A stretch of 46,546 bases of DNA from assembly GCA_036149055.1 (NCBI GenBank), contig JAYZQJ010000167.1:1-46546 (forward strand), read 5' to 3'. The position numbers were made by a program, and so were the translations under genes. Under the pieces are notes generated by a model that did no database searches, was not told where the DNA came from, and was given only the letters and a program-made list of their open reading frames with translations. Positions 28,730 to 36,682 of the stretch are shown here, one piece after another (position 1 is the first letter of the stretch; each line of letters begins with the position of its first letter). The DNA is from Myxococcota bacterium. Lineage in GTDB: Bacteria; Myxococcota_A; Polyangia; Polyangiales; Sandaracinaceae.

Positions 28730-29742
28730 CCCGGCGCGCCGAGGCCGTTGTAGTCGTAGACCGCGAAGTAGCGCTCGCCCTCGGGGCCGGCGTCCTCGAG
28801 CGCCCGGGTGTCCGAGCCCGTCCAGTCGGGGCGGTTCGTGTTCGTGTACTCGGCGCGCTCGATGTCGCGCGTCCCCGGCCGGAGGGGCACGAGGATCGGC
28901 CAGCACGCGCCCTCGAGCGCGCCGGGGCAGCCGGCGGCGAGCGCGATCGTGGCCGAGGCGGTGTCGCCGGGCGCGGCGTCGAGCCGGAAGACCGTCATGT
29001 CTCCCGGCGCGGTGAGCTCGACCTCGGTCGCGTCGCCCAGGCCGAGCGCGACGACCTCGCAGCCGTCGCAGCGGCGCGCGCGCACGGTGTACGCGAAGCC
29101 CGGCCCGCCGCGCTCGGACGGCGGGACTCCGTCACAGAGGCTCCCGTAGGTCGGCGCGTGGTGCACCAGCACCCGGAGGGCCTCCGGCGCCGGCGCGGGC
29201 ACGATCATGCGGGTGCGGGCCCGTCGCTCTCCGCCCGCGTAGGTCAGGATCCAGAGGCCCGCCTCGTCGTAGGTCTCGAGCACCGGCTCGAAGGCGCTGC
29301 CCGGCGCCCGCTCGACCTCGATCTCGACGAAGGCGCGGACCGGGGCGCGCACCCGGAAGACGTCGCGATCGGCGCTCACGATCGGGCCGCACGCGGTCGG
29401 GATCCGGTGATCGGCGCCGTCGAAGAGCGCCTCGCGGCTCGCCTCGGCGGCGGTGGTGAGGTCGAGCACGTCGTCGGCGTCGAAGGGGCAGTCCAGCTCG
29501 TCGAGGCAGTCGGGCGCGTCGTCCGGGTCTCGGCCCCCGTCACGACCTTCGTCACGTCCGGCGTCTCGTCCGCCGTCGTGACTCGCGTCTCGCCCGGCGT
29601 CGCCCGCGGGGGCGTCTCCCGCGTCGGCGGGGAGGCACACGGTCTCGCCCTCGACGGTGGCCGCGACCCCGCCGTCACAGGCGAAGAAGTCCGGCTCCGA
29701 GCAGGCGACGGCCAGCAAGAGGAGGGGCCAAGCGCGCGGCAT
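28699..29742 (-). CDS. Cys-containing lipoprotein with DAG-repeat linker and PPC-like beta domains
   Basis: Lipobox AVAC14; DAGR/DGGR repeats; DRDVFRV and FEPVLETYD resemble pre-peptidase C-terminal-like domains. Confidence 0.7.
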   Translation of the reverse strand: MPRAWPLLLLAVACSEPDFFACDGGVAATVEGETVCLPADAGDAPAGDAGRDASHDGGRDAGRDEGRDGGRDPDDAPDCLDELDCPFDADDVLDLTTAAEASREALFDGADHRIPTACGPIVSADRDVFRVRAPVRAFVEIEVERAPGSAFEPVLETYDEAGLWILTYAGGERRARTRMIVPAPAPEALRVLVHHAPTYGSLCDGVPPSERGGPGFAYTVRARRCDGCEVVALGLGDATEVELTAPGDMTVFRLDAAPGDTASATIALAAGCPGALEGACWPILVPLRPGTRDIERAEYTNTNRPDWTGSDTRALEDAGPEGERYFAVYDYNGLGAPGYRVAVSTVR

Positions 29743-29751
29743 GCGCCGAGG

Positions 29752-30621
29752 CTACCAGGTGAGCGCCGCGCGCGCGTCCGGGCCGGGCGAGTCGCCGCGG
29801 AGCAGGAGCACGAGCGCCGTGATCCCGGCCGCGAGCGCGAGCGACCCGAGCCCCACCGTCACCGCGAGTCCGACGTCGCGCTCGGCGCTCACCGCGCCGG
29901 CGTTGGTGCAGGGCCGCGCGGCGCACTGGTCGGCGGCGGACTGGCGGTCGAGCGTGTAGCCCAGGCCGACCCCGAGCCCCAGCGTCGCGCCCCCGGCCAC
30001 CGCGAGGAGGGCGTGCGCCGCGGTGTCGTCCCGGGGCATCGGTCGCGCCGGCGCGGCGGCGATCGCCGGCGGCTCGGGCTCGAGCGTGATCGAGAGCGCG
30101 CCGCGCTCGCCGCCCACCACCCGCAGCCGCCGATCGGAGGGCTCGAAGCCGTCCGCCTCGGCGCGCAGCTGGTGGCGACCGATCGCCAGCACGAGCCGGT
30201 CCCCCGCGAGCGTCGCCGGCAGGTCGTCCACCGTGAGCCTCGCCTCCGGGGGCGAGAGCTCGATCGTGTAGATCGCCACGAACCCCTCCGCCTGTCGGAG
30301 CAGCTCGACCACGTGCGCCCGCTGCGCCTCGTCGAGCGGCTGCCGCGGATCGTCCAGCGCCGCCTCGAAGGCCCGGATGGCCTCCGGGTACTCGCGCATC
30401 TCGAAGCTCGCCATGCCGATCCCCCGGAGCGTGCGCGCGTTCGGCTCGAGCGCGTGGGCCCGGCGAAAGAGCGCCCGCGCCTCGGCCCAGCGCCCCGCCG
30501 AGAACTCCACCAGCGCCCGCTCGACCACCGCCCGGTACCCGGCGCCCGCGCCGTCCTCCTGGGCGGCGACCGGCGACGCGACGAGCCCGACGAGCAGCAC
30601 CCCGACGACCCACCCGCGCAT
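29752..30621 (-). CDS. Exported TPR + PEGA-domain protein with C-terminal hydrophobic segments
   Basis: Signal peptide MRGWVVGVLLVGLVASPVAA; TPR (WAEARALFRRAHALEP); PEGA (SPPEARLTVD...GRHQLRAEADGF); two Gly-rich hydrophobic segments. TGATG overlap with the kinase stop. Confidence 0.85.
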   Translation of the reverse strand: MRGWVVGVLLVGLVASPVAAQEDGAGAGYRAVVERALVEFSAGRWAEARALFRRAHALEPNARTLRGIGMASFEMREYPEAIRAFEAALDDPRQPLDEAQRAHVVELLRQAEGFVAIYTIELSPPEARLTVDDLPATLAGDRLVLAIGRHQLRAEADGFEPSDRRLRVVGGERGALSITLEPEPPAIAAAPARPMPRDDTAAHALLAVAGGATLGLGVGLGYTLDRQSAADQCAARPCTNAGAVSAERDVGLAVTVGLGSLALAAGITALVLLLRGDSPGPDARAALTW

Positions 30622-32057
30622 CAGAAGTCCTCCAGCGAGAGCGTCCCCGTGCGCCCCCGCGCCGCCGCCTCTTCCGCCGCCGCCTCGTCCGCCGCCATCT
30701 CGTCTGCCGTCTCTCCCACCGCCGTGTCGTCCGTCTCTGTCGTCCCAACCCTCGTCCCCCGAGCGCCTCCCCGCCGCCGCGCCCCCGAAACGCCCCGCCC
30801 CCCCGACGCCACACCGGACTCGGCTTCGGCTGCGGCTTCGGACTCGGCTTCGGACTCGGCTTCGGACTCGGCTTCGGCCTCGGCTCCGGCCTCGGCCTCG
30901 GCTCCGGCCTCGGCTCCGGACTCGGACTCGGCTTCGGCTTCGGTCTCGATCTCGGAGTCGGCCTCGGCCGCGGCCTCGACACCCGCTCCGGCCGCCGCCC
31001 CGATCGAAGCCGACGCCTCGCTCGCCGCCCCGCTCTCGCTGCCGTCCCTCAGCGCCCCCCACACGAGCGCCCCCACGATCCCCACCAAGAGCGCCGCGAT
31101 CCACCAGCCCCGCCGCTCCTTCGGCCGCGTCCCCCGATCGATCGGCGCCGAGGTCACGGTCGACGGATCCCCGTCTTCGCTCCTCAGCTCGCCGGCCCCT
31201 CGCCGCAGCGCCGCCCGCAAGCTCGCCGCGTCCGGCGGCCGCCGCCCGGGATCCCTCGCCAGCGACCGGTCGACCACCGCCGCGAGCGCGGGCGGCACCC
31301 CCGGCGCGAGCTCGCGCAGGGGACGGGGCGGCCCGGCGGTCATCGCCGTCACCAGGTCGTCGCCCGCGAGGTCTTCGTACGGGCGGCGCCCGGACAGGAG
31401 CGCGTAGAGGATCGCGGCCACCGAGTACACGTCGGCTCGCGCGTCCACCTCCCGCGCGTCGCGCGCCTGCTCGGGCGCCATGAAGCGCGGCGTCCCCACC
31501 AGCGCGCCCGGGGCGGTGAGGGTGTCGCCGTCGCCGCGGTGCATCGGTCGCGCGATCCCGAAGTCGAGGATCTTGATCACCCGGGCCCCGTCGATGCGGG
31601 CGAGGAACACGTTGTCCGGCTTGAGGTCGCGGTGGATCAGCCCCCGGGCGTGGATGCGCGCGAGCGTGGCCAGCACCTCGTCGACGATCGCGACCGCCTC
31701 CTCGAGGGGGATCGGTCCCCGGTCGAGGCGCGCGCCGAGGGTCTCGCCTTCGAGCAGCTCCATCACGAGGAACGGGCCGCAGACCTCGTCGACGCCGAAG
31801 TCGGTCACGTCGACCACGCCGCGCCCTCCGACCGAGGCCGCCTGCTGGGCCTCGCGCCGCAGCCGCTCCGCGCCCCGCGCGTCGAGCGCGCCCGGCACCA
31901 CCGTCTTGATGGCGACCGGGCGGTCCACCTCCAGGTGCCGCCCCACGAAGACCGCTCCCATGCCGCCCACGTCGAGCAGCGTCTCGAGCGCGTACCGCTC
32001 CCCGACGGTGCGACCCACCAGCGTCTGCGCCCACGCGCGTCTGGCGTCCCGACCCAT
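30621..32057 (-). CDS. Membrane Ser/Thr protein kinase with acidic low-complexity C-terminal tail
   Basis: GGMGAVF, VAIK, HRDLKPDN, DFGIAR, GTPRFMAPEQ, DVYS; TM WWIAALLVGIVGALVW; AE/SE repeats; ends GTLSLEDF. Confidence 0.9.
   Translation of the reverse strand: MGRDARRAWAQTLVGRTVGERYALETLLDVGGMGAVFVGRHLEVDRPVAIKTVVPGALDARGAERLRREAQQAASVGGRGVVDVTDFGVDEVCGPFLVMELLEGETLGARLDRGPIPLEEAVAIVDEVLATLARIHARGLIHRDLKPDNVFLARIDGARVIKILDFGIARPMHRGDGDTLTAPGALVGTPRFMAPEQARDAREVDARADVYSVAAILYALLSGRRPYEDLAGDDLVTAMTAGPPRPLRELAPGVPPALAAVVDRSLARDPGRRPPDAASLRAALRRGAGELRSEDGDPSTVTSAPIDRGTRPKERRGWWIAALLVGIVGALVWGALRDGSESGAASEASASIGAAAGAGVEAAAEADSEIETEAEAESESGAEAGAEAEAGAEAEAESEAESEAESEAAAEAESGVASGGRGVSGARRRGGARGTRVGTTETDDTAVGETADEMAADEAAAEEAAARGRTGTLSLEDF
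30815..30975 (-). repeat. 6/12-bp microsatellite-like coding repeats (AE/SE) in the kinase tail
   Basis: Runs of GACTCGGCTTCG and GCCTCGGCTCCG on the plus strand. Confidence 0.75.
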
Positions 32058-32113
32058 GGGCGGAGCATAGCCGCCCTTCGCCTCGCGCACGGGATTTGGC
32101 ACTCTCCGCCCCC

Positions 32114-33526
32114 GTGCCCGACGACACCACCCTCGATCCCGGCGCGCTCGGCGCCGACCGCGCCCGGGAGCGACCGCTGCACCCCGCGTGGATCATCGCG
32201 TGGAGCCGCTCCGAGGCCCACCGCGTGGGCGAGGTCGGCCCCCTGCGGGGCGAAGGGCTGATCGGTCGGGGCGACGCGCGCCCGGACGACGCCGCCCCGC
32301 GGGTGTCCTGGCTCCGTCAGCGCCCCGGCGACAACACGCCCACCGGCCCGCTCGAGAGCCCGGCCATCTCCCGCGCGCAGCTCGTCGCGCGCCCCGGCGG
32401 CGACGCGGTCGAGGTGACCTGCGTGGGGCGGCGACCGCTCTGGCATCGCGGGCGGCGGGTGGATCGCGCGACCGTGCGCTTCGGCGAGACGGTGACCCTC
32501 GAGGACGAGCTCGTGCTCCTGCTCGACCGCCGACCGGTCGCGCTGCCGCCGTCGCGCGCCTGGCCGAGCGCGGCGCGCGTCCCCTTCGGCGAGGCCGATC
32601 CCTTCGGCATGGTCGGTGAGTCCCCCGAAGCCTGGGCGCTGCGCGACGAGCTCGCCTTCTGCGCCGCCCGCGGGATGCACGTGCTCTTGACGGGACCCAC
32701 CGGCAGCGGCAAGGAGCTCGCCGCGCGCGCCATTCACGGCCTGCACGACGCCGACCGGGCGCTGGTGGCGCGCAACGCGGCGACCCTGCCCGAGGGGCTG
32801 CTCGACGCCGAGCTCTTCGGCAACGTCGCCGACTACCCCAACGCGGGCATGCGAGCGCGCGAGGGGCTGATCGGCGCCGCCGACGGATCGACGCTCTTCC
32901 TCGACGAGATCGGGGAGCTGCCCGAGGCGCTGCAGGCGCACCTCCTCCGGGTGCTCGACGGGGACGGGGAGTACCACCGGCTCGGCGAGGCGCGGGCGCG
33001 CCGCTCGCGCTTCCGGCTGGTGGGGGCGACCAACCGCCCCGAGGACGCGCTGAAGCACGATCTGCTCGCGCGACTGCCGCTCCGCGTCTCGCTCCCGCCG
33101 CTCGCCGAGCGGAGGGCGGACGTGCCGCTGCTGATCCGTCACCTCCTCCGTCGGGCGGCGGAGGGAGACGGAGAGCTCCGGTCGCGCTTCTTCGACGACC
33201 GCACGCCGCGCGTGGCGCCCGAGGTCGTCGCGACGCTGACCCAGGCGCCGCTCGAGGGGGGCGTCCGGGGCCTGAGCGCGGCCCTCTGGCGCTGCGTCCA
33301 GAAGAGCACCGGGGACTGGATCGCCCTCGATCCCGGGCTCGAGCGCGAGCTGGAGCGGCGCTCGGATCCCCCGGTCGCCGGAGACGCGCTCGACGCGCGC
33401 CGGGTCCGCGAGGCGCTCGAGGCCACCGACTGGGTCGTGTCCCACGCCTACCGGGAGCTCGGCCTCAAGAACCGGCACGTGCTCATCCGGCTGATGAAGA
33501 AGCTCGGCGTCGAGAGGGAGGGCTGA
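32114..33526 (+). CDS. FHA-like + sigma54-activator-type AAA+ + Fis-HTH regulator lacking GAFTGA
   Basis: LIGRG...ISRAQ (FHA-like), Walker A GPTGSGKE, ELFGNVADYPNAG, Walker B LFLDEIGEL, GATN, DLLARL, C-terminal HTH. Start GTG 32114 or TTG 32096. Confidence 0.85.
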   Translation: MPDDTTLDPGALGADRARERPLHPAWIIAWSRSEAHRVGEVGPLRGEGLIGRGDARPDDAAPRVSWLRQRPGDNTPTGPLESPAISRAQLVARPGGDAVEVTCVGRRPLWHRGRRVDRATVRFGETVTLEDELVLLLDRRPVALPPSRAWPSAARVPFGEADPFGMVGESPEAWALRDELAFCAARGMHVLLTGPTGSGKELAARAIHGLHDADRALVARNAATLPEGLLDAELFGNVADYPNAGMRAREGLIGAADGSTLFLDEIGELPEALQAHLLRVLDGDGEYHRLGEARARRSRFRLVGATNRPEDALKHDLLARLPLRVSLPPLAERRADVPLLIRHLLRRAAEGDGELRSRFFDDRTPRVAPEVVATLTQAPLEGGVRGLSAALWRCVQKSTGDWIALDPGLERELERRSDPPVAGDALDARRVREALEATDWVVSHAYRELGLKNRHVLIRLMKKLGVEREG

Positions 33527-33529
33527 GAG

Positions 33530-34330
33530 GTGCGTGGAGCGATCCTGCTGGCGGTCTTCGTGCTCGGCTGCACCGCGCCCGAGTTCGCGCGGTGTGACGG
33601 AGGGCCGGTGCGCGACGGCGGCGGCTGCGGGGAGGGCGACGCCGGGCCGCCGGACGCGGGCGCTCTCGACGCGGGAGCGCCGGACGCGGGAGCGGTGGAC
33701 GCCGGACCGGCCGACGCCGGCGGGCCCGACGCGGGCGCCTTCGACGATCGCTGCGAGATCGTCCCACAGGGCGGCTGCGACGAAGGCGAGGGCTGCTACG
33801 CGTCGCGAGGGATCCTCCAGTGCTACGCGGAGGGCGAGTCGGGCGCCGGGGGCGTCTGCGGCGACGGCGAGTGGTGCCGCGCGGGCTTCGACTGCCTCTC
33901 GCTGACCTACGGGGGCGCCATCTGCCGGGAGCAGTGCGACTACCACACCCAGTGCCCGGGCTCGGGGCTCTGCGAGTACGGGTTCGTTCGCTATCGCGGG
34001 GGCCCGGTCTACGCGCGCCACTGCACCGTTCCTTGCGATCTCCGCACGAGCGAGGGCTGCGGTGAGGGCGCGATCTGCACTCTCGCCATTCACAACCCCC
34101 GGCCCTGGAACACGACCGATTGCACCTCGCACGCGAACACCGCCGGGCCGCTCGAGTCGTGCACCTGGGATCACGACTGCCCCATCGGCTACGGCTGCTG
34201 GGAGGACCGCTGCCACCGCTGGTGCCAGGAGCCATCGCACTGCGAGCCCGGAGAGACGTGCGTGTTCCACGAGGAGGCGCTCCTCGGCCGGCGCGCCGAC
34301 CGGCAGTGGGGCTACTGCCGGCCGGGCTGA
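33530..34330 (+). CDS. Cys-rich lipoprotein with DAG-repeat linker
   Basis: Lipobox VLGC14; PDAG/LDAG repeats; more than 25 Cys in repeated CxxxxxC units; starts 3 nt after the regulator stop. Confidence 0.8.
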   Translation: MRGAILLAVFVLGCTAPEFARCDGGPVRDGGGCGEGDAGPPDAGALDAGAPDAGAVDAGPADAGGPDAGAFDDRCEIVPQGGCDEGEGCYASRGILQCYAEGESGAGGVCGDGEWCRAGFDCLSLTYGGAICREQCDYHTQCPGSGLCEYGFVRYRGGPVYARHCTVPCDLRTSEGCGEGAICTLAIHNPRPWNTTDCTSHANTAGPLESCTWDHDCPIGYGCWEDRCHRWCQEPSHCEPGETCVFHEEALLGRRADRQWGYCRPG

Positions 34331-34336
34331 CGACGC

Positions 34337-36514
34337 TCACTCGCGGACGAAGCGCATCCCGAAGGTGGCCATCGGGTCGTCCGACTCGGGGCGGAGATCG
34401 AAGCCCATGTTCGGCGTCCCCTCGGCGCCGCCGTGCCAGAAGCGGTAGTAGCCGGCGTCGTCGTAGGGGAAGAGGATCATGCGGCGCGTGGCCAGGTCGT
34501 AGACCGCGAGGTTGCCGCTCTTACCGAGCCCGCTCGCGCCCGCCTCGGCGTTGCCGGAGCCGCGGACCCAGAGCGAGTCCCCGGTCACGACCAGGCTCGG
34601 CCCGTTGGGGATCGCCGCCGGCTGGAACCCGGGCGTCGAGGGCAGCAGGCGCTCCCGGTACTCGGTGTAGTAGGCCAGGTTGATGTCGAGCCCCGGATCG
34701 ACGGCGGGCGTGGCGTTGGGGCCGATGCCGGTGGTGCCCTCCCACCCGTCGATGTCCTCCCCCTCGAAGTCGGGGTGCAGCGCCGGGGCGTCTCCGCTCG
34801 AGAGCTGGATGGGCAGCGCCATGTAGCGGTTGAACGTCGTGCGCGAGCCGTCGAGCGGGTTCTCGAAGTTGAAGTGCACGGGGCTCTTCTTCTGGGGCAG
34901 CGCCCAGAGCGTGGAGCCGTCGGGCGACAGCGCGAACGCGTTGAACGCGTGCCCGAAGAGCGTGCCGTCCAGCCCCTGCACGCCCGGCGCGGCGCTGAAG
35001 TCCAGCTCCCGTCCGTCGGCGGTGTCGAACACGGCGACCTCGAGGCACGCGCCCAGGAACAGCAGCGTGCGGCCGTCGTGGAAGGACGCGACCTCGATCG
35101 CCGCCCAGGGAGACGCCTCCTCCGCGCAGGTCACCTCGCCGCGCGCGGTCGGGTAGCTCTCGCCGATCTCGGGGCCGACCCAGTACTCGTAGCTCCCGCC
35201 GAGGGGCGCGAGCTGGAGCTGCCCAGCGCGGTTCATCGAGGCGCGGAACACGCAGTACGACCGGGTGCACTCGCGCGGCAGGCCGCCGAGCGTGCTGTCG
35301 CCGTTGATGGTGAGGTAGACGTCGTCGCCGTCGATCGCGATGTCGTCGACGCCGTGCTGCAGGATCGGATCGTGGCTCCGGTCGTGCAGCCGGGCGGTCA
35401 CGTCGCCCGACGCGAGGCCGGCCACGCTCGCCACCCAGAGGTTCTCGCCGCCGCTCGCCTCGGACACGTTGCCCCGCGCGCCGGACGCGTTGGTCACGAA
35501 GAGCCGCCCGTTCGCGAAGCGTCCGCGGCAGGGCATGCCGCCGTCCTCGAAGAGCACGCGCGCGCCCCCGTGCAGCTGGCTGCGCGAGGCCACGTCGAAC
35601 TGCACGGCGAAGCCCGCGCCCACGCCGCGATCGCGGTAGAGCAGGAACACCGTGTCGTCGGGGCCGTCGACCATGCCGCACACGGTCCCCGCGAAGGGGG
35701 TGCCGCGCGCGTCGACCATCTGGTGGGTGTAGAAGCCGCTCCCGGGCTCGATCTCCTCGACGGTGTGGGTGCTCAGATCGACGACGCGCACGCCCTCGCC
35801 CACCGCGACCGCGAGGACGCCGCTCTCGGCGTTCGGCGCAGGCGAGATGTCGCGCTCGTGAACGTGCTGCAGCGTCAGCTCGCCGAGGTCGGTGGTCTCC
35901 CCGTCGGTCAGGGTGATCGCCATCGTCGCCGGCGGGGGCGTGAAGCCGGGGCGCACGGGCTCCTCGCTCAGCATCACGTCGAGCTCGCTCACCACGCCGC
36001 CCCAGGCGGTCTCCGAGGTCTCGAAGCCGTCGTCCCAGCCGAGCCCGTGGTAGCGGCTCACCCCGGTGTCGGCGAAGATCATCAGCGCGTAGTCCCCGGC
36101 CGGGAGCCCGGTCACCGTGATCTCGGGGCCGAAATTGTCCTGGATGGGATCTCCGTCGGTCTCCCCCTCGGCGACCTCGCGCACCAGCACCGGCCGCTCA
36201 CAGGTCGCGTCGCTCGGCTCGCAGAGCAGGATCACCACGCGGGTGTCCCGGAGCGCCTCCAGCGCCGGCTGGAAGATGTTCAGGTCCAGCATCGCTTGCC
36301 AGTTCAGCCCCTGGAACTGCGCGTCGGCGCCGCCCCACGTCGGGGAGAAGGCCAGCGAGGCCTCGCCGCCCGGTGGCGAGCTGGAGTCCGGGGGCGGGAT
36401 CCGCCCATCGCGCGGGGGCGAGCCCCCGTCGGGGTCGCCGCCGCCGCCGCCGTCGCAAGCCATCAAGCCGAGCGCGAGCCACAGCGGGCTCCATCGGGTG
36501 AGCAGTCTCTTCAT
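34337..36514 (-). CDS. Large lipoprotein of unknown function (probably beta-rich/propeller-like)
   Basis: MKRLLTRWSPLWLALGLMAC lipoprotein signal; GAAGGA upstream; beta-rich motifs such as AFALSPDGSTLWA. Confidence 0.75.
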   Translation of the reverse strand: MKRLLTRWSPLWLALGLMACDGGGGGDPDGGSPPRDGRIPPPDSSSPPGGEASLAFSPTWGGADAQFQGLNWQAMLDLNIFQPALEALRDTRVVILLCEPSDATCERPVLVREVAEGETDGDPIQDNFGPEITVTGLPAGDYALMIFADTGVSRYHGLGWDDGFETSETAWGGVVSELDVMLSEEPVRPGFTPPPATMAITLTDGETTDLGELTLQHVHERDISPAPNAESGVLAVAVGEGVRVVDLSTHTVEEIEPGSGFYTHQMVDARGTPFAGTVCGMVDGPDDTVFLLYRDRGVGAGFAVQFDVASRSQLHGGARVLFEDGGMPCRGRFANGRLFVTNASGARGNVSEASGGENLWVASVAGLASGDVTARLHDRSHDPILQHGVDDIAIDGDDVYLTINGDSTLGGLPRECTRSYCVFRASMNRAGQLQLAPLGGSYEYWVGPEIGESYPTARGEVTCAEEASPWAAIEVASFHDGRTLLFLGACLEVAVFDTADGRELDFSAAPGVQGLDGTLFGHAFNAFALSPDGSTLWALPQKKSPVHFNFENPLDGSRTTFNRYMALPIQLSSGDAPALHPDFEGEDIDGWEGTTGIGPNATPAVDPGLDINLAYYTEYRERLLPSTPGFQPAAIPNGPSLVVTGDSLWVRGSGNAEAGASGLGKSGNLAVYDLATRRMILFPYDDAGYYRFWHGGAEGTPNMGFDLRPESDDPMATFGMRFVRE

Positions 36515-36565
36515 TCCTTCGTTCCTCCGCGCCGCCGGATGCCAGGCGGCCCGGCCGGCGCGCGT

Positions 36566-36581
36566 CGCAACCGGTGTGCCC
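36566..36581 (-). promoter_or_regulatory. Candidate sigma54 promoter for the 725-aa lipoprotein
   Basis: Minus strand GGGCAC-ACCGG-TTGCG with canonical spacing, about 52 bp upstream of ATG 36514; dyads at 36627-36636 and 36642-36665 lie further upstream. Confidence 0.6.
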
Positions 36582-36682
36582 GCGCCCCCCGCCGAGGCGG
36601 TGGCCGGCTCCGCGCGCCGCTCACCCTGTGCGCACACGCGCGCGAACGTGCGCGCGCATGTTCGCCGCTCTAGTCTGCAGCG

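Noticed and set aside
29675..30982. Possible frameshift in the kinase tail repeat (alternative Pro-rich frame)
   Set aside because: The kinase frame is open to a stop that couples with the next ATG, so no frameshift is needed.
32096..32112. TTGGCAC as a sigma54 promoter in the divergent kinase/regulator gap
   Set aside because: No GC at the -12 position with correct spacing.
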